From NCBI GenBank assembly GCA_035267645.1, contig DATFLN010000004.1:24534-88533 (forward strand): a stretch of DNA of 64,000 bases, written 5' to 3'. A program made the translations under genes and the position numbers. The notes below the pieces were generated by a model that was not told the DNA's origin, did no database searches, and saw nothing but the letters and a program-made list of their open reading frames with translations. The DNA comes from Gemmatimonadota bacterium. GTDB taxonomy: Bacteria > Gemmatimonadota > Gemmatimonadetes > Palauibacterales > Palauibacteraceae. Below, piece after piece: positions 8,750 to 16,345 of this stretch. Each line of letters starts with the position of its first letter. Position 1 is the first letter of the stretch.

Positions 8750-8768
8750 CGTGGGGAGTCTCCCCACG
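8750..8768. repeat. 19-nt palindrome CGTGGGGAG-t-CTCCCCACG (copy 2)
   Basis: Read directly from the sequence. It lies in the intergenic region between the BNR stop (8902) and the CBS start (8559). TGTAGGGAG lies 48 nt to its left (8702-8710). Confidence 0.6.
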
Positions 8769-8901
8769 GCGCTGCCGCCGCCCTCGGGCGGTCGCAGTCG
8801 TCCCCGCCGTCCGCACTCGACGTGGGCGCCGCCTCACGCGCTCGAAGGGAGCGCCGTCTCACCGCCGTCGGGCGCCGGGCCCCCTGCCGGTCGCTCCCTC
8901 C

Positions 8902-11900
8902 TCAGCCGGCGCCCGCCCCCCCCGCCGGGAGCGCGAACGGCACGTCCGCTTCGCGGAGCGCGGCCCGCAGCGCCGGGACCGTGCTCCCCACCAGCCGTCC
9001 GTAGGCCGCGCGGGCGGTCTCGAGGCGGCCGTGGAGCACGTCGAACACCTGCCCCTGCTGGTCGGTGGGCGGGAAGTCCGCCGACTCCTCGGCCACGTCC
9101 TTCAGCAGCGCACCGTAGCGGCTCCACAGCCGGTTGGGGTGGCGGAAGGCGTCCTCGCGCGCCCCCGTCAGGTGCACGTCGAACAGCCGTCCCTCGACGG
9201 CCAGCGCCGTGTCGGCCGCGGCGGCCGCTCGCTCTCCCAGCTGCGAGGCCGCTCCGTCCGGCTGGCCCGCCGAGTCGGAGGCCAGGAGCGCGCCGAGCCC
9301 CGCGAGCTGGCTCCTCAGCCACTCCAGCCGGTCGACCATGACGGCCACCGAGTCCATGTCGGTCCGGATCCGGAGGGCCAGCTCCGTCTGCCGCGCGATG
9401 TCGGCCGCGCTGCCGCTCGTGCGCGGGTCCTTGCGCACCTCCAGGGTGCGGCGGACGCTCGCCCCCCCGGCCGAGAGGACGACGGCATACTCGCCGGGCG
9501 GGACCAGCGGGCCGCGCTGGCTGAGGTCGAGGTCCCACGGCACGATCGGCCGCCAGCCCTTCTCCCCCGTCTCCACCCGGGGCGTGTCGGGGGGCGGCGT
9601 CCGCAGCCGCGGCGTGGCGGGATCCTCGTAGCGGAGGTCCCACCAGGTCCGGTTCAGGCCGGAGCCGGCCGAGGGCTCCAGGGTCCGCACCGTATCGCCC
9701 GACCCGTCCAGGATCGCGATGCGCACGACGCTGTCGGCCCCCGCCGGGAGGCGGAAGTTCAGCGAAGCACCGTAGGGAGGGTTGCGCCCGACCACGTGGG
9801 AGGGCGTGGAGTGGCGCCCCTGGACCGGGCGGAAGCGGTAGGCCGCCCGGGGGGCGAAGAGCTCGGGGCCGTCCGGCTCCCCGTCAGCCCCTCCGCTCGC
9901 GGCCAGGGCCTCGACCGGCGTGACGTCGTCCAGGACCCAGATCCCGCGCCCGTAGGTGGCCGCGATCAGGTCGTGGAAGTGCGGCTGGACGGTGAGCCAG
10001 TAGACCGGCGCGTGCGGCAGGTTCGACTGCAGGGAGCGCCACGAGCCGCCGTCGTCCAGGCTCACCCACACGCCGTTCTCCGTGCCGGCGTACAGGAGCC
10101 CGGGCCGCGACGGGTCCTCCCGGACCACGTGCACGAAGCTCAGCCGCGAGCGCGGGATCCCCCCGTCGATCCGGGTCCAGTGCCGGCCGTAGTCGCGGGT
10201 GCGGTAGATGTAGGGCGCGAAGTCCCCCTGCTCCTGGAGGTCCACGGCCAGGTAGGCCGTCCCGCCCTCGGTGTGGGAGGGCTCGACGTTGCTCACCCGC
10301 CCCCAGGCCGGCAGGTCCGGGACGTTCGCGGTCACGTCCCTCCAGTGCCCGCCGCCGTCCCGCGTCACGTGAACGAGGCCGTCGTAGCTCCCCGCCCAGA
10401 TGACCCCCTCCTCGACCGGAGACTCGGCGATCGAGGAGAGCGTGGCCGCGCTGAAGGTGTTCAGGTTGTCGACGCTCACGCCCCCGGAGCTCCCCTCCCG
10501 CGCCGTGTCGTCGCGGGTGAGGTCGGGGCTGATGGCCTGCCAGCTCTGGCCGCCATCGGTGGTCCGGTGCACGACCTGGCTCCCCACGTAGACCCGCGCG
10601 GGATCGAAGGGCGAGATCGCGATCGGGAACGTCCAGTTCCACCGGTACTTCTTGTCCTTCGGCGCCACCCCGTAGCCCGCCTCCGGCCACACGGTCACGT
10701 CCCGCTCGTGCCCGGTCGAGAGCACGGTGCGGCCCAGCTGCCCGTCGTAGCAGCCCGACCACACGACGTCGTTCGAGACCGTGTCCGGGACCGCGAAGCC
10801 GCTCTCGCAGCCCCCGACGTTGGTCCACGCTCCCGCCGAGATCCCGAACCCGCCGGGCACGCGGCTCGGCATCCGGTACGAGCCGTCGTCCTGGCGGTTG
10901 GAGTAGACGTCGTAGGGGACACGGTCGTCCGCGTAGACGTGGTACATCTGCCCGATCGGGAGGACGATCCTCTGGAAGCTCTTCCCGCCGTCCAGCGTGA
11001 TCGAGGCGCCGCCGTCGTGGGCCACCATGTAGCGGTCGGCGTCCGTGGGGTCGATCCAGATGTCGTGGTTGTCGCCGCCGCCCCGCGGCGGATCGTCGGC
11101 CAGGGTGTGGCCGCCGTCGCGCGACATCCCGAACCGGACCGAGGCGAAGTAGAGGCGGTCGGGGTCGGCCGGGGAGACCCGGAGGCGCGTGTAGTAGGGG
11201 CCGCGCTCGGCCATGGAGTGATCGCGACTCACGCGCCGCCAGGCGCCGCCGCCGTCGTCCGAGCGGTACAGGGCCGGGTGGCCCGGCCCGTCGGGATGCC
11301 GGGGATCGCCCTCCTGGACCAGCGCGTACACCCGGTCGGGGTCGGAGGGCGCCACGGCCACCGAGACCTTCCCCAGGGTGGCCGAGTCCGAGGGGAAGCC
11401 TTGGCCGGACACCTCCTTCCACGTGTCCCCGCCGTCGTGGGTCACGTACACGCCGCTCCCGGGCCCGCCGCTGCGGAGGTTCCACGGGTCGATCTCCAGC
11501 TGCCACATGCCCGCGAACAGCGTGCTCGGGTCGACGGGATCCAGCGCCAGGTCCGAGCAGCCCGTGCCCGGCCCCACGTACAGGACCTTCTCCCACGTCT
11601 TCCCGCCGTCCCTCGTGCGGAACACGCCGCGCTCGGGCTGCGGCGAGTAGCCCGTCCCCACGGCGCACACCCAGGCCACGTCCGGATCGCGCGGGTGGAC
11701 CAGGATGCGGGCGATGCGGCCGGTCCTCTCGAGACCCATCCGCTTCCAGCTCTTCCCGGCGTCGGTGGACTTGTAGACGCCGTTCCCCATCGCGGTGGCG
11801 AGCCGGATGTAGAAGGGCTCCCCCGTCCCGGCCCACACCTCGTTGTGGGCCGAGGGCGCCACCGCCAGCGCCCCGATCGACTGCGCCGGCTGGTCGTCGA

Positions 11901-12219
11901 ACACGGGCTCCCAGCTCGTCCCGCCGTCCTCGGTCTTCCACACGCCGCCCGAGGCCGCCCCGATGTAGGCCACGAGGGGATTTCCCGGCTCTCCCGCCAC
12001 GGCGCTGGCCCGGTTCCCGTCGGGACCGAGCGTCCGCCACTCGAGCCGGCCGAACAGGATCGTGTCGGCGCCGGAGGGCGGCGCGGCGGCGGGGGGCGGC
12101 AGGAACGCGTCGGGATCCTGTGCCCGGACGGGGCCGGGTCCCGCCACGACCGCCGCGACGGTCAGGGCGGCGGTCAGCGCCGCGAGGGCGGCGGAACGGA
12201 CGGAGAGCGCGGTGGGCAT
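8902..12219 (-). CDS. Secreted BNR/sortilin (VPS10)-repeat beta-propeller protein, about 1105 aa
   Basis: Start trimmed to ATG 12219 (MPTALSVRSAALAALTAALTVAAVVAG signal). Repeated S-x-D-x-G-x-T-W motifs (TEDGGTSWEPV, STDAGKSWKRM, TRDGGKTWEKV, THDGGDTWKEV, SDDGGGAWRRV, TTDGGQSWQAI, TRDGGGHWRDV, LDDGGSWRSL). Confidence 0.85.
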   Translation of the reverse strand: MPTALSVRSAALAALTAALTVAAVVAGPGPVRAQDPDAFLPPPAAAPPSGADTILFGRLEWRTLGPDGNRASAVAGEPGNPLVAYIGAASGGVWKTEDGGTSWEPVFDDQPAQSIGALAVAPSAHNEVWAGTGEPFYIRLATAMGNGVYKSTDAGKSWKRMGLERTGRIARILVHPRDPDVAWVCAVGTGYSPQPERGVFRTRDGGKTWEKVLYVGPGTGCSDLALDPVDPSTLFAGMWQLEIDPWNLRSGGPGSGVYVTHDGGDTWKEVSGQGFPSDSATLGKVSVAVAPSDPDRVYALVQEGDPRHPDGPGHPALYRSDDGGGAWRRVSRDHSMAERGPYYTRLRVSPADPDRLYFASVRFGMSRDGGHTLADDPPRGGGDNHDIWIDPTDADRYMVAHDGGASITLDGGKSFQRIVLPIGQMYHVYADDRVPYDVYSNRQDDGSYRMPSRVPGGFGISAGAWTNVGGCESGFAVPDTVSNDVVWSGCYDGQLGRTVLSTGHERDVTVWPEAGYGVAPKDKKYRWNWTFPIAISPFDPARVYVGSQVVHRTTDGGQSWQAISPDLTRDDTAREGSSGGVSVDNLNTFSAATLSSIAESPVEEGVIWAGSYDGLVHVTRDGGGHWRDVTANVPDLPAWGRVSNVEPSHTEGGTAYLAVDLQEQGDFAPYIYRTRDYGRHWTRIDGGIPRSRLSFVHVVREDPSRPGLLYAGTENGVWVSLDDGGSWRSLQSNLPHAPVYWLTVQPHFHDLIAATYGRGIWVLDDVTPVEALAASGGADGEPDGPELFAPRAAYRFRPVQGRHSTPSHVVGRNPPYGASLNFRLPAGADSVVRIAILDGSGDTVRTLEPSAGSGLNRTWWDLRYEDPATPRLRTPPPDTPRVETGEKGWRPIVPWDLDLSQRGPLVPPGEYAVVLSAGGASVRRTLEVRKDPRTSGSAADIARQTELALRIRTDMDSVAVMVDRLEWLRSQLAGLGALLASDSAGQPDGAASQLGERAAAAADTALAVEGRLFDVHLTGAREDAFRHPNRLWSRYGALLKDVAEESADFPPTDQQGQVFDVLHGRLETARAAYGRLVGSTVPALRAALREADVPFALPAGGAGAG

Positions 12220-12382
12220 CGGGCGGTCCTCCCTCCTGGGGTGGTCGGTTCGGCGCCGGTCCGGTGACGCGGCCCGCCTACCTTGGCCCGGCGGCTGGAA
12301 GTCGCGCAAGGGAGCGGGCCGTCCCCGCCCGGCCGACCGCCCATGGCGGGGCGCCGAACGGCCGTCCGGTAGCGGACGCGCC

Positions 12383-14074
12383 TCACCCCGCCAGCAGGTC
12401 CCCGCGCCCGAGCCAGCGCCCGCCCACCGCGAACGCCACGGCCACCAGGGCCGCGAGCGCGACGCCCATGGCCGTCGCCCTCCCGAAGTCGAAGGCCCGG
12501 AGCTGCGCCAGAATCTCGACCGAGATGGGCCGCGTGGCGTGCGTGTACAGGAGGATCGACGCCACGAACTCGCCGAGCGCCGTCACGAACGCCAGGGTCC
12601 CGCCCGCGGCCAGGCCCGGCAGCACGAGGGGGAGCGCCACCCGGCGCATCGTGGTCGCCCAGCCCGCGCCCAGCGAATGGGCCGCCTCCTCCAGGGCGGG
12701 GTCGAGCTGCCGGAAGGAGGCGATGGCGGCCTGCGCCACGAGCGGGGTGTTCCGGATGAAGTAGGCGAGGGGGAGGATCCAGAACGTCCCGACCAGGAGA
12801 AGCCGTCCCATGGCCGGCCGGTCCACCGAAAAGGTCGTGGCCAGGCCGAGCGCGATCACGGTCCCGGGGAGCGCCCAGGGCAGGACGAGGAGGACGCGAA
12901 GGAGCCCGCGGCCGCGGAAGCGCCGCCGCACCACGAGCCACGCGGCGATGAAGCACAGGAGGAGGTTCGCCGCGGTGGCCAGCGAGGCCATCTCCAGGGA
13001 GTTCAGGATGGGCTCCAGGAGCCGGGGATCGGAGGCCAGGCTCCCGTAGTTGGCCAGGGTGAACTCGTGGGGGACGATCTGCGTGGTCCAGCTCCCCTGC
13101 GGCACGAAGGAGACGAGGAGGAGGGTGAGGTGCGGGAGGAGCAGGAAGAGGACGCCGCCCACCCCCGCCACCGCCAGGCCGGCGCGGACCCAGGAAGAGT
13201 CCACCCGCCGGCGCGCGGCCCCGAGCCCCTTTCCCACCGACGTCACCTCGCGGTCCCCCTCCAGCCTCCGCAGGAGCCAGAGGAAGCCCAGCGACACGCC
13301 GGCCAGCATCACCGTCTCGACCATGGCCAGGGGCAGCGCCCCGCTCAGCTTGCTCGCGTAGATCTGGGTGGTGAGCACCCGGAAGCCGCCCCCGAACACG
13401 TAGGGGGCCGAGAAGGACGCCATCGAGGTCATGAACACCAGCAGCGCGGCCGCCGAGAGCGAGGGGGCCAGGAGCGGGAGCGTGACCCGCCGGAGGACCG
13501 TCCACCGCCCCGCCCCGAGCGAGCGGGCCGCCTCCAGGGCCCCCTCGTCCAGCCGCGCCAGACCCGCCCGCACGAAGAGGTAGAAGTAGACGTACATCGT
13601 GTACGCGTGGACGAGGAGGATGGCCGGGGCGCCGGAGAGCCTCCACGGCGGCGAGGCGAGCCCGAGGACCGCCTGCACGGTGCGGGTGAAGATGCCGCTC
13701 TCCCCGAACAGGAAGAGGAAGGCGATGACGCCGACCAGGGGCGGGAGGAGGACCGGCAGCGCCGCCAGCGCGCCGAAGACCTTCCTCCCGGGGAACTCCC
13801 AGCGGGAGAACAGGAAGGCCAGCGGCACGCCCACCAGGGCCGAGAGGACCACGCTCGCCCCGCTGATCCACACGCTGGCCCACAGCGCCCGGAGCTCGGC
13901 CCCGGTGGCGAAGAACTCGCGGTAGGCGTCCAGCCCGAAGCGGCCGCCCGCCCCGAAGGACTCGCCGAGGACGACCAGATTGGGGTAGACGACCAGCCAA
14001 AGGAGGACCAGGAGGACCGGCGCGGCCAGGATCCAGGTGAGACGCCGGCCCTCCGGACGCCCGCCCCGGCTCAC
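12383..14074 (-). CDS. Two-domain ABC importer permease (FbpB/ThiP-like)
   Basis: Frame of ORF 12383..14989. GTG start at 14074 overlaps the ATPase stop (GTGA 14071-14074). Two repeats each carry an EAA-like loop (LDEGALEAARSLGAGRWTVLRRVTLP and LDPALEEAAHSLGAGWATTMRRVALP). Confidence 0.85.
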   Translation of the reverse strand: MSRGGRPEGRRLTWILAAPVLLVLLWLVVYPNLVVLGESFGAGGRFGLDAYREFFATGAELRALWASVWISGASVVLSALVGVPLAFLFSRWEFPGRKVFGALAALPVLLPPLVGVIAFLFLFGESGIFTRTVQAVLGLASPPWRLSGAPAILLVHAYTMYVYFYLFVRAGLARLDEGALEAARSLGAGRWTVLRRVTLPLLAPSLSAAALLVFMTSMASFSAPYVFGGGFRVLTTQIYASKLSGALPLAMVETVMLAGVSLGFLWLLRRLEGDREVTSVGKGLGAARRRVDSSWVRAGLAVAGVGGVLFLLLPHLTLLLVSFVPQGSWTTQIVPHEFTLANYGSLASDPRLLEPILNSLEMASLATAANLLLCFIAAWLVVRRRFRGRGLLRVLLVLPWALPGTVIALGLATTFSVDRPAMGRLLLVGTFWILPLAYFIRNTPLVAQAAIASFRQLDPALEEAAHSLGAGWATTMRRVALPLVLPGLAAGGTLAFVTALGEFVASILLYTHATRPISVEILAQLRAFDFGRATAMGVALAALVAVAFAVGGRWLGRGDLLAG

Positions 14075-15288
14075 GGGGCGTCCGCGTCGCGTCGCGCGCC
14101 GGCCACGGCCGCCCCGCCGCTCGACGGAGCCTCGCCCGCCGGAGCCGGCCCCCGCTCCGCCGGAAAGGCCTGCACGCCGCGTCCCGGCCGGAGCCCGACC
14201 GAGACCGGGTCGCCCACCTCCGACTCCTCGCGCCCTCCCGCGACCTCGAGCACGCCGATCTCCGGGACCTCGACCCGGTAGAGGGCTCCCGAGCCCCGGA
14301 AGCGGCGGTCGCGGACGCGGCCCGCGAGGCGGGCGCCGGCTGCCCCCGGTCCCGCCTCCTCCCGACGGCTCCCCGCGTCCGGGCCGCCCGGCCCGAGCGC
14401 CAGATCCTCCGGCCGGACCCACAGCTCCACGTCGGGGCCCGCCGGCCGGCTCTCCCGCTCCTCGCCCGTCCCGGCCTCGTCGGCGCCGCTGTCCCCGTCC
14501 GGGAGCGGCCAGCGGGTCCCGTCCTCGAGGACGGCCACCCGCCCCTCCCCGTCCCGCTCCAGCCTCGCCCGAATCCGGTTCGCGCGCCCGACGAAGCCCG
14601 CCACGAACGGTTCGGCCGGTCGGTCGTAGAGCGCCTCGGGCGTGCCGACCTGGCGCACCGTTCCGGCCCGCATCACGGCCACCCGGTCGGAGAGGTCGAA
14701 CGCCTCCTCCTGGTCGTGCGTCACGAACAGCGCCGTGATCCCGAGATCCTTGATGAGCCGGCGCAGCTCTACCCGCGTCCGCTCCCGAAGGGCGGCGTCC
14801 AGGTTGGAGAGCGGCTCGTCCAGGAGTAGGAGGGGGGGCTCGATGGCCAGCGCCCGGGCCAGCGCCACCCGTTGCTGCTGCCCCCCCGAGAGCTGCTGCA
14901 CCCTGCGCTCGGCGAAGCCGGGGAGGTCCACGAGCTCGAGGACGCGTCCCACCCTGTCCCGCACCTCCTCCTCGGCCGCCTTCCGGCATCGGAGGCCGAA
15001 GGCCACGTTCTCGAACACGTCCAGGTGGGGGAAGAGGGCGTAGTTCTGGAAGACCATCCCGAAGCCGCGGCGGCGCGGGCTCCGGTCGGTGACGTCCTGG
15101 CCGCGGAAGCGGACGCGGCCCGAGTCGGGGGCCTCGAAGCCGGCCACGATGCGGAGGGCGGTGGTCTTCCCGCAGCCGCTCGGCCCGAGGAGAGTGAGGA
15201 GCTCGCCTCGCTCGAGGGCGAGGTCGAGCCCGTCCAGGGCGGTGGTCTCCCCGAAGCGCTTGCGGAGCCCGTCGAGCTCGAGCTCCAT
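14071..15288 (-). CDS. ABC transporter ATP-binding protein (FbpC/PotA-like, with C-terminal regulatory domain)
   Basis: 405 aa. Walker A GPSGCGKTT, signature LSGGQQQRVALARAL, Walker B LLLLDEP, H-loop FVTHD. Confidence 0.9.
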   Translation of the reverse strand: MELELDGLRKRFGETTALDGLDLALERGELLTLLGPSGCGKTTALRIVAGFEAPDSGRVRFRGQDVTDRSPRRRGFGMVFQNYALFPHLDVFENVAFGLRCRKAAEEEVRDRVGRVLELVDLPGFAERRVQQLSGGQQQRVALARALAIEPPLLLLDEPLSNLDAALRERTRVELRRLIKDLGITALFVTHDQEEAFDLSDRVAVMRAGTVRQVGTPEALYDRPAEPFVAGFVGRANRIRARLERDGEGRVAVLEDGTRWPLPDGDSGADEAGTGEERESRPAGPDVELWVRPEDLALGPGGPDAGSRREEAGPGAAGARLAGRVRDRRFRGSGALYRVEVPEIGVLEVAGGREESEVGDPVSVGLRPGRGVQAFPAERGPAPAGEAPSSGGAAVAGARRDADAP

Positions 15289-15292
15289 GGAA

Positions 15293-16345
15293 TCAGTCTC
15301 CGCCGGAGACGCCCTGCCCCCGGATGTGCCGGTCCCAGTGGCGGAGCCACTCCGGGGTGTGCTCCAGGACGTAGCCCCGGTCGATCTCCATGGGGCGGAG
15401 GTCGGGGAGCGCGTCCCGGAGCCACCCGGGGAGGGAGTCCTCGGGGAGGTCGGTCCGCACGGGGATCCGGAAGAAGCTCCGGGCCGCGTCCAGCACCTCG
15501 GGGCGGCTCCCCGCCCAGTCGACGAACGCGCGCGCCGCCTCCGGGTGGGGCGCTCCGGCCACGACCGCGATCGCGTCCACCACCACGGGAGTACCGCTCG
15601 CGGGAAGCACGTAGTCGATCGGGAGGGTCGTGGTGGCCCGCAGCGTCTCGACGTCGGGCATGTCCCACAGCGTGACCAGGCCCTCGCGGCGCGCGAGCTT
15701 CTGGTAGAGGAGCGTGGGGTTGAGGACGTACTCGCGCGTCTGGGCGTCCAGGCGGCGGAGCCAGCGGTAGCCCGCCTCCGGATCCCCGGTCCGGCGGTAC
15801 TCTCGCCACATGATGGCCCCGAAGATCGCGCGCATGGTCCCCGAGGCCAGCGGGTCCCGGATGAGGACCTCGTCCTTCCACCTGGGCTCCAGGACGTCGT
15901 CCCAGTCCTTCGGGGCCTCCTCCCGGGTCAGCGCGTCCGAGTTGTAGGCGATGACCTCGGGCGTGCGGTAGGTGCCGATCCAGCGCCCGGCCGAGTCCCG
16001 CGCCGAAGGCGGGACGGCGTCCTCCCACGAGGGATGGTCGACCTGGAGCAATCCTTCCCCGGCCGCCCGCGAGAACATCTCCGAGGGCGCTCCCCACCAC
16101 ACGTCGGCCTGGGGGTTGGCCTTCTCGGAGCGCACGCGGTCCAGGACCTCCTGGCTCCCCATGTCCATCCACTGGACGTCCACGTCCGGGTGGGCGGCCT
16201 CGTACGCCTCCTCGAAGTGGGAGAGGAGGTCCCGCCCGTGCGGGGAGTAGACGACGAGCGGGGTGCGCCCATCCCCGCCCCGGCAGGCGGCCAGGAGCCC
16301 GAGGACGCCCGGCAGGAGGAGCCGGACGGCCAGCGGCGCCCTCAA
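15293..16345 (-). CDS. Lipoprotein, family-1 extracellular solute-binding protein (Fe3+/polyamine/thiamine type)
   Basis: Frame of ORF 15293..16597. I place the start at TTG 16345, overlapping the upstream stop (TTGA 16342-16345). This gives (M)RAPLAVRLLLPGVLGLLAAC (lipobox) followed by PLVVYSPHGRDLL...ADVWWGAP. The start codon is uncertain. Confidence 0.75.
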   Translation of the reverse strand: MRAPLAVRLLLPGVLGLLAACRGGDGRTPLVVYSPHGRDLLSHFEEAYEAAHPDVDVQWMDMGSQEVLDRVRSEKANPQADVWWGAPSEMFSRAAGEGLLQVDHPSWEDAVPPSARDSAGRWIGTYRTPEVIAYNSDALTREEAPKDWDDVLEPRWKDEVLIRDPLASGTMRAIFGAIMWREYRRTGDPEAGYRWLRRLDAQTREYVLNPTLLYQKLARREGLVTLWDMPDVETLRATTTLPIDYVLPASGTPVVVDAIAVVAGAPHPEAARAFVDWAGSRPEVLDAARSFFRIPVRTDLPEDSLPGWLRDALPDLRPMEIDRGYVLEHTPEWLRHWDRHIRGQGVSGGD